From the sequence record MG592456.1: 64,000 nt of DNA; one strand, given 5' to 3'. Below the pieces are notes generated by a model that searched no databases, was not told the DNA's origin, and saw only the letters and a program-made list of their open reading frames with translations. Within the stretch, counting starts at the first letter, position 1. Each line of letters opens with the position of its first letter. The position numbers and the translations under genes are program-made. Shown here one piece after another: positions 57,792 to 64,000 of the stretch.

Positions 57792-59109
57792 ACTCGGTGA
57801 TACATCGAAACGTAATGCGAAAATTGACATTCTGAAAGGCGAAGTTGATAATGAATTGCTCAAGCGAGTGTTTCAATTAGCATACACCCCGCAGTTTAGA
57901 TTCAACATGAAGAAACTGCCGACCGTAGGACGCGGTTCGACTATCAATGAATATAGCTATACGACTCTGAGCATTGCGCTTGAATCGATTTACCAAACAC
58001 TAGTGGTGAAACAGCTTCGCGGTCATGATGCACAAGCATTCGTTGAACGCACGTTCATGGAAGTGTCTGAGAGTGATGAAGAAGTGTTACGACGTGTAAT
58101 CTCGAAAGACTTGCGCACGGGCTGTACGGGTGGTACAGCTAACAAAATCTGGAAAGGTTTGATACCAGAACAGCCTCAAATGCTAGCTAGTTCGTATAAA
58201 GATAAGCTCGTTGACGCTATCTTGAAAGCACTCGCATACGCTGAACTGAAAGCTGATGGTGCTCGTTGTTTTGCTCACGTCAATCTTGATGGTGAAATCT
58301 CAATGACATCGCGCAACGGTAACCCATATCTGGGTCTGACTCGTGTTGAGCAGGCGCTTCATTCGATGCAAGTTCAAGGCTTCGTCGTCGATGGTGAGTT
58401 AGTATACGCACCGAATGGCTTGAATGAAGTCAAAGACCGTAGCACTGGCAATGGCATTGTGAACAAAGCTGGTAAAGGTACGATTACAGTCGACGAGCAA
58501 GCGGGAATTGTCTTTCAAGTATGGGATATCATCCCAGAAGACGTTTATTTCGGTGTTTCTAATGACATGAACATGCCGTATTCAAAGCGTAAACAGATTC
58601 TAGCTGATGTTGCTCAAGTTGCACGTGGCGTTATCGAGCCAATACCGTGGGCGACTGTGTCGACTAAAGAACAAGCCTCTGAAATCTACAATCAGTATGT
58701 AGCAATGGGACTTGAAGGCATTATCTTGAAAGACCCGACTGCATTGTGGGAAAACAAGCGAAGCAAGTCATTAGTCAAGTACAAAGAAGTGCATGACGGT
58801 GATCTTGAAATCATTGATGTGCTTGAGGGTGACAAGAAGAACAAAGGTCGAATGGGCGCGTTATTGCTCCGTTCACGTTGTGGTCTGCTTATCACTAAGT
58901 GTGGATCTGGGTTCTCAGACGAACAACGCATTGAAATGTGGGAAAGACGTGAAGAATTGATTGGAATGATCGTCGAAATCAATTACAATGCAATTACGAA
59001 AGGTCGAAACAAAGACACATGGTCTTGTTTCTTGCCTATTTTCGTTCAAATTCGCGACGATAAAGACGTTGCTAACTTGCTCGAAGAAATGTCTGGTTTT
59101 AAGGGGTAA
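57769..59109 (+). CDS. 30: ATP-dependent DNA ligase
   Basis: ELKADGAR (KxDG), VDGEL, EGIILK, KYK, CGSGFSD, FLPIF. Confidence 0.96.
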   Translation: MILQILNKLGDTSKRNAKIDILKGEVDNELLKRVFQLAYTPQFRFNMKKLPTVGRGSTINEYSYTTLSIALESIYQTLVVKQLRGHDAQAFVERTFMEVSESDEEVLRRVISKDLRTGCTGGTANKIWKGLIPEQPQMLASSYKDKLVDAILKALAYAELKADGARCFAHVNLDGEISMTSRNGNPYLGLTRVEQALHSMQVQGFVVDGELVYAPNGLNEVKDRSTGNGIVNKAGKGTITVDEQAGIVFQVWDIIPEDVYFGVSNDMNMPYSKRKQILADVAQVARGVIEPIPWATVSTKEQASEIYNQYVAMGLEGIILKDPTALWENKRSKSLVKYKEVHDGDLEIIDVLEGDKKNKGRMGALLLRSRCGLLITKCGSGFSDEQRIEMWERREELIGMIVEINYNAITKGRNKDTWSCFLPIFVQIRDDKDVANLLEEMSGFKG

Positions 59110-59112
59110 CTC

Positions 59113-59649
59113 ATGCACAAGATCGAATCTGTACACGCTGACGTTGGGGTTTTCAATGGCCAAGTCGCTTTTCAAGTTGACGGTCGCCTACTGTTAATTG
59201 AGGTTTGTACACCAACCTTCAATGACTACAACGAGTGGCGATTAACTAATTTAAGAATCGCTTCAGGGAAGTACGACCCGAGTCAAAATGATGTTGAACT
59301 GACTCCGTATGACATTCCTGAATACATAATCGATCAAGACGAGCTTGATTTTCTCGACAAATGGTTCCCGACTAAGATGGTAGCCTTGAGCGATCTAGAA
59401 TCCCAATCAAGTCCGCATCATTATCTCGGTTATGAACAACTGGTCAGTGTTAATTATGACGAGGGGTTCAAACATCTAGTAAACCGACCTGAATTATGGC
59501 GTGAAGAGCTAGACAGTTTCGATACGGACGAAAACTCGTGGGTTCTAGCTAAAGACTTCCAGCGCCGAAAATTGCACGAGCCGCAAGGCATGTACTCGCT
59601 GTTAATCTTCATGGCAGAACACATACGCGCAAATTACTACAAGAAATAA
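59113..59649 (+). CDS. Hypothetical protein
   Basis: 178 aa. Confidence 0.6.
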   Translation: MHKIESVHADVGVFNGQVAFQVDGRLLLIEVCTPTFNDYNEWRLTNLRIASGKYDPSQNDVELTPYDIPEYIIDQDELDFLDKWFPTKMVALSDLESQSSPHHYLGYEQLVSVNYDEGFKHLVNRPELWREELDSFDTDENSWVLAKDFQRRKLHEPQGMYSLLIFMAEHIRANYYKK

Positions 59650-59651
59650 AC

Positions 59652-59691
59652 AAAAGGGTTGACTTCGGTCAACCCTTTTTTCGTATAAATA
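59652..59691 (+). promoter_or_regulatory. Terminator hairpin immediately followed by late promoter TATAAATA (59684-59691)
   Basis: AAAAGGGTTGAC-ttcg-GTCAACCCTTTT then TATAAATA. Confidence 0.75.
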
Positions 59692-59713
59692 TGTTCATTT
59701 ATAGAGAACAATT

Positions 59714-60601
59714 ATGATTGTATTTGAACCTTTTCAACTCGACGAGTCATTAGACCGAGCTGCTCCGTATAAATGGGGTGGTGGTAGCGCGGCAAGATTT
59801 GAAGTGAATGGCACGAAGTATCAAGTCGAGTTCAGTCAGCGGGATGGTATTACTTATGATGAGGTCGGGAGAGATTTGACTACACTCGACGTTGCGTTTC
59901 GCTGGCTTGACCCAGAAATGGAACGATATTCGTATGCATTGAAGAAAGACAGCACACCGCGAGAATCGATGACTGTTTTGGCTACTGTGCTAGCAGCGAC
60001 GTTTGAGAAAGCAGATAAAACAAAACCAGATTTGATTACGTTCAGTGCGTTTTCTGATACTGATGGACGTGACGCGAAGAAACGTTTTGATTTGTATAAT
60101 AGAATGGCTATCAAATATGGCAAGCAGAAAGGCTATACCGTACATACTCGCGGCAGAAACTTTATCCTTGTAAATGACAAGCCCGTCGCAAAAGCGCAAA
60201 GGCGACTTGCCAACGATGGTGTGTTACATGACGAGGAACTAACGTATGTCGAATTCTCTCAGTGTAATGCATATACGTGGGCTAAGATATTTGATGTGAA
60301 AGAGGGCAAGGTGGCAAGGATTAATCTACCACATGGTTGGTTTATCATAGACCGAACCAGTGATGAAATTGATATTATGGTAGGTGGATCTGGCGGGTCA
60401 CATCAAACACTGGATAACTCTAGTATTTGGCGCGACATGATGGTACCGACAAATGTTCAGAACGGCACCAGAGAGTTTGAGATTGAAGAATATCACGCAG
60501 TTTTAGCTGATGGTCGAGTGTTGATGTGTGGGTTCACGACGTTTTATATTCTTCCGCATATGGAATCAGTGAAAGAGATTTGGGGTAACGTGCAGATATA
60601 A
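59714..60601 (+). CDS. Hypothetical late protein, candidate internal head protein
   Basis: MIVFEPFQLDES leader; late promoter; convergent with alt. Confidence 0.55.
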   Translation: MIVFEPFQLDESLDRAAPYKWGGGSAARFEVNGTKYQVEFSQRDGITYDEVGRDLTTLDVAFRWLDPEMERYSYALKKDSTPRESMTVLATVLAATFEKADKTKPDLITFSAFSDTDGRDAKKRFDLYNRMAIKYGKQKGYTVHTRGRNFILVNDKPVAKAQRRLANDGVLHDEELTYVEFSQCNAYTWAKIFDVKEGKVARINLPHGWFIIDRTSDEIDIMVGGSGGSHQTLDNSSIWRDMMVPTNVQNGTREFEIEEYHAVLADGRVLMCGFTTFYILPHMESVKEIWGNVQI

Positions 60602-60629
60602 AAAAAGGGAGCTAATTAGCTCCCTTTTT
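60601..60629. terminator. Bidirectional intrinsic terminator
   Basis: A-run GGGAGCT-aatt-AGCTCCC T-run. Confidence 0.85.
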
Positions 60630-60641
60630 CAGGTCTATCGT

Positions 60642-62357
60642 TTATGGTGTAAGTCGTGAATGTTGCTTCATTTCAATCTCGATTGGCAAATCTACTTCAG
60701 CAAGTCGCATGATAGTTGCAACTGAATCGAGTTCTTCGAGGCGTTCGGTCTTAGCATGAAGAGATATAATACTTTCATTGTAAGCCCCTGCATCGCGCAC
60801 TGTCAGACGAATAATACAATCACGAGACTCTGGATCCAATTGAATCACATCTGCGTCAAATACCGTGTTACGATTGATGATCATTTCACATTCATGTGGG
60901 TTACCGTGCTTACCGGGTATTAGAACCGGTAATCCCGTTGGCTCTATGATGAAAATCACAGAAAGTGCATTAATCCCCGCAAGTGCATCATACATTTCAG
61001 ACGATCCAACACCCGCTTTCATGATAGAAACACTGCTTCCGCCAGCAAATTCAGTTGCAACAGACGGGTCCATTGAAGCACTCATATATGCCGTTGATGC
61101 AAACAACTTACTGCGTATGATTTTACGCAGATCATCACCACCAATATCTGCACCGCGATACAAAAGAGGTGCGGGGGTCATGTTGTCAAGTGTGATGCCA
61201 CCCTGACTAAAGGCTTCGTCTAATGAGTCAACGAGTGATCTTGCACGATCATCGCCATCGCCCGTCAACAACAATTCATTAATTTCAGTAAATGAAGATC
61301 CGGTGTATTGAGCAATCGCTGCTTGAACTTTAGGTGACATGCCCGCCCAGTAATCTTTTTGCATCAATGACATTGAAATGGCGTCGTATTGCTTGCCAAC
61401 AATTTTCGAATTCGACGCAATCAAATTCGTGCATACCTGTTGCACGTGCGTACGAACCGTTTGTCCATTGGAAAGATGTACATTTTCCAAGTACGGTGCC
61501 ATCGTTGCACTCATTTCCTCAAGTGATAAATTAGAACCGGCTGCTACAGCCGCTGCTTGTGTGAATTCGCGTGCTGCTACCTGTTGATACGAAGTTCGCA
61601 TTGTCATATTGTGACTCATCGATTCCAAACGATTCTTTGCTGGATTCATAAGTGGTGGCGTAACTGCTGGAATGTGCAACGAATTCGCGGTAACACGTTT
61701 CGCTGGCTTTTCTTCCATCCATTCAGCTTTCACGTCATCGTGATATTCCTCGAAGCCCGGGGTCATGTCAGCCGTTACTATAATCGTTTTCTTGCTTGCG
61801 ACGTCTACTTCGAGCGCCATTTTAGCGGCAAGTTGATAAAGCGTATCAGCTTCGATTTCTAGCAGCTTATTAGTATTAAACCCCGGTCGTGTGATAACAA
61901 AGAAACTGTAGTCTTCAGCCATTGACGTTTCACCGTCGTTTGTAATTTGTGTAGTTTCGCACCCAAGACGCAATTTTTTAAATAGTGTTTTGATACGCAT
62001 ATCGAACATTTTACCTGTACCCTTGCGCTGAATACGCATAGACACAGCATTGGCACGAGTTTTCAACATGAAATCTTGAACAACCTTGACGATTGTTTCT
62101 TGGAATTTCTGTGGGTTCTTAGTTTCGCGTATAGTAATGCCGCCTTTCTTGCCGCGCATTGCTGATACAGTACAGAACCAAGCACGTTTACCGCGATTCG
62201 CTACGTCTGATTTTGTTTTATTCGTGAACGTAACGACCACATCCCTTGATTCGCCGTTCATGTCGACAACAAAGAACTTGTTTTCTTTCGTCGAGCGAGC
62301 CGGATAGTAATCGTAGGTATCGCCCATGCTTTCATTTAGTTGTTGAAATCCAATCAT
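60642..62357 (-). CDS. alt: Alt-like ADP-ribosyltransferase (R-S-E clade, VIP2-like C-terminus)
   Basis: AIAQYTGSSFTEIN, LLYRG, STAYMSAS, HECEMII; start MIGFQQLNES at ATG 62357; CATAAATA late-promoter variant upstream. Confidence 0.8.
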   Translation of the reverse strand: MIGFQQLNESMGDTYDYYPARSTKENKFFVVDMNGESRDVVVTFTNKTKSDVANRGKRAWFCTVSAMRGKKGGITIRETKNPQKFQETIVKVVQDFMLKTRANAVSMRIQRKGTGKMFDMRIKTLFKKLRLGCETTQITNDGETSMAEDYSFFVITRPGFNTNKLLEIEADTLYQLAAKMALEVDVASKKTIIVTADMTPGFEEYHDDVKAEWMEEKPAKRVTANSLHIPAVTPPLMNPAKNRLESMSHNMTMRTSYQQVAAREFTQAAAVAAGSNLSLEEMSATMAPYLENVHLSNGQTVRTHVQQVCTNLIASNSKIVGKQYDAISMSLMQKDYWAGMSPKVQAAIAQYTGSSFTEINELLLTGDGDDRARSLVDSLDEAFSQGGITLDNMTPAPLLYRGADIGGDDLRKIIRSKLFASTAYMSASMDPSVATEFAGGSSVSIMKAGVGSSEMYDALAGINALSVIFIIEPTGLPVLIPGKHGNPHECEMIINRNTVFDADVIQLDPESRDCIIRLTVRDAGAYNESIISLHAKTERLEELDSVATIMRLAEVDLPIEIEMKQHSRLTP

Positions 62358-62437
62358 TTTAGACTCATCTCCAGTGTAATTTATAAGTGTATTTATGCGG
62401 TTTGTATTGAGCAATTAAAAAAAAATGTAAAAAGTGG

Positions 62438-62467
62438 TTGCGTCTTTCACCAAATGGCGATTACTAT
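62438..62467 (+). promoter_or_regulatory. Early promoter TTGCGT-18-TACTAT with A-tract UP element
   Basis: Followed by the ATCGAAAC leader. Confidence 0.55.
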
Positions 62468-62507
62468 AACTACATCGAAACGAGACATTCAACGAAGCGA
62501 GAAAATT

Positions 62508-63008
62508 ATGACAAATCTAAAAGCAAAAGCAACAACAATGACACCTGAGCAAATCGCAGCACACTTTGACATGACTGTTATGTCAAACGGTTTTCAAGCA
62601 ATCGATAAAAACAATCGTATGCACTTCTTATCAGATTTACGCTCACAGCTTCGCAAAGCATCGTCTAAGAAAGCAAACAAGAAAGCTGTATTGCCAACTG
62701 CTCAAGAGAACATCATGCGCTTAAACGCTGATTTTAGCGAGTACAATTGGTTTATTCGCGACACACAGCCTGGCTTAGATATTGAAAAACTTGGTTTACG
62801 TTTATACTTCATCGGTGGTGTTAACGTTCATCAGCTAAACATTCGTTCAACGTTGTTCAGCACGAAAGAATTGAACAAGATGTTTGAGAGTAATAAAGTA
62901 CTGAAAAATCATACCGGCAAGGGTTCTGTGACTATTGGCTCACTTTCATACGATGAAGTTGTTCATATAACTAACAAAATCATCTTTGAGAGTAAAGAAA
63001 TGCAATAA
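62508..63008 (+). CDS. Hypothetical early protein (basic)
   Basis: Start in GAGAAAATTATG context. Confidence 0.6.
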   Translation: MTNLKAKATTMTPEQIAAHFDMTVMSNGFQAIDKNNRMHFLSDLRSQLRKASSKKANKKAVLPTAQENIMRLNADFSEYNWFIRDTQPGLDIEKLGLRLYFIGGVNVHQLNIRSTLFSTKELNKMFESNKVLKNHTGKGSVTIGSLSYDEVVHITNKIIFESKEMQ

Positions 63009-63033
63009 TTTTGGTTATTTAGTGAATCGGGTA

Positions 63034-63062
63034 TTGACAGTAACATCGAAATACCCGATAAT
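63034..63062 (+). promoter_or_regulatory. Early promoter TTGACA-17-GATAAT bracketed by a perfect 10-bp inverted repeat
   Basis: ATCGGGTATT (63026-63035) / AATACCCGAT (63050-63059). Confidence 0.7.
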
Positions 63063-63112
63063 AAACACATCAAGTCGAGACAGACTTACTAATCAACTTA
63101 AAAGAGAACATT

Positions 63113-63913
63113 ATGACTATCACTAAAGCAGAAATGAACAAAATCGCACTAGACATCATCGGTGGCAACAACTTGCTTAAACGTGACTTGCTTGCAGAAG
63201 GTTGGACATTCACTTTCTCTAAGAGAAAATCTGCTTTAGGTGATTGTAGTTACGGAAAAAAGGTTATTCGTCTTTCTGAAGTTTATTTGAATGCACGTAC
63301 TAAAGACGAGCAAATCAACACAATCACTCACGAAATGGCACACGCTATTTCGTTCACAGACAACAGAGAACGTGGTCACGGGGCGGGATGGAAGCGTATT
63401 CATCGCTCACTTGGTGGCGATGGTCAGCGTTGTTCTGATGTGTCTAATCCTGAAGCAGTTAAAAGCAAGTATGTTGCTTTTTTCGAAAACTCAAACGGCG
63501 AGCTTGAAATTCTTGCTAACGTTGATAAACGCACTCGCAAGTTTCACCCACAGCATATTCATCACATTTATGTGAAGGGTCGTAAAGCTGAAACTCAAGG
63601 TAAAATTCGTCTTGTAGCCTCTGAGACTTTCGAAATTCTTCGTTCTGAAGCGACTCAACAGCCAGTCAGAGAGCCGATTCAGAAAGTAGAAGCGAAGAAA
63701 GTAGAAAAGAAAGCTGCACCTGCTAAGAAAGCAACTGTACGTGGCGAAGCGGGTCGACTAGAAATTGCTGCTCAAGCTGCTGCGATACTTAACTTCACTA
63801 ACATCAGCTTTGACCGTCGTGGCAAGTATCAAGACTGGTACATCAATGCTACTGTTAACGGGGCTGAGTTTAATCAACGTCTAGACACTTTCAAGAAAAA
63901 ACATAGCTTCTAA
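63113..63913 (+). CDS. SprT-like zinc metalloprotease
   Basis: LGDC...IRLS...THEMAH...HGAGWK...GG...RC. Confidence 0.85.
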   Translation: MTITKAEMNKIALDIIGGNNLLKRDLLAEGWTFTFSKRKSALGDCSYGKKVIRLSEVYLNARTKDEQINTITHEMAHAISFTDNRERGHGAGWKRIHRSLGGDGQRCSDVSNPEAVKSKYVAFFENSNGELEILANVDKRTRKFHPQHIHHIYVKGRKAETQGKIRLVASETFEILRSEATQQPVREPIQKVEAKKVEKKAAPAKKATVRGEAGRLEIAAQAAAILNFTNISFDRRGKYQDWYINATVNGAEFNQRLDTFKKKHSF

Positions 63914-63929
63914 GCTAACGAATTACATT

Positions 63930-63955
63930 AAGCCACTCGATTGAGTGGCTTTTTT
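63930..63955 (+). terminator. Intrinsic terminator, identical to the minus-strand reading of the one at 13965-13986
   Basis: AAGCCACTC-gatt-GAGTGGCTTTTTT. Confidence 0.9.
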
Positions 63956-64000
63956 CGGTCTCCGAAAAATACCGTCTCACTTTAGTAATATTAGGGACTT

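Overview
A 64-kb segment of a large lytic T4-like myovirus. It runs from DNA packaging and head/tail genes (16, 17, 18, 19, 20, 67, 68, 21, 22, 23) through a variable late region (Hef-like endonuclease, CCA-adding enzyme, Inh paralogs, unknown late genes), then uvsW/uvsY and long tail fibre genes 35/34. A replication/recombination block follows (rnh, dsbA, 33, 59, 32, frd, ClpP-like, uvsX, 40, 41, nrdD/G, 61), then nucleotide metabolism (dut, dexA, td), a sirtuin, an intact fused topoisomerase 39+60, DNA ligase and an Alt-like ADP-ribosyltransferase. The gene order (34/35 next to uvsY; rnh-dsbA-33-59-32-frd-clpP-uvsX; a CCA enzyme after 23) resembles my recollection of KVP40-like Vibrio phages, but host and genus are inferred, not shown. 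I saw no tRNA, rRNA, CRISPR array, intron or intein. Most notable observations: (i) a dispersed set of late-promoter genes sharing an N-terminal M-[I/Y]-x-F...E leader like T4 capsid-targeting signals, including two ADP-ribosyltransferase-like proteins and a stand-alone domain resembling phosphorothioation-associated proteins, which suggests a virion-delivered effector set; (ii) three free-standing nuclease genes, each with a hairpin over or next to its translation start; (iii) a perfectly phased 9-bp iteron-like array next to the uvsY promoter; (iv) a mini type IV pilin. All protein family calls come from motif recognition by eye, with no database search.
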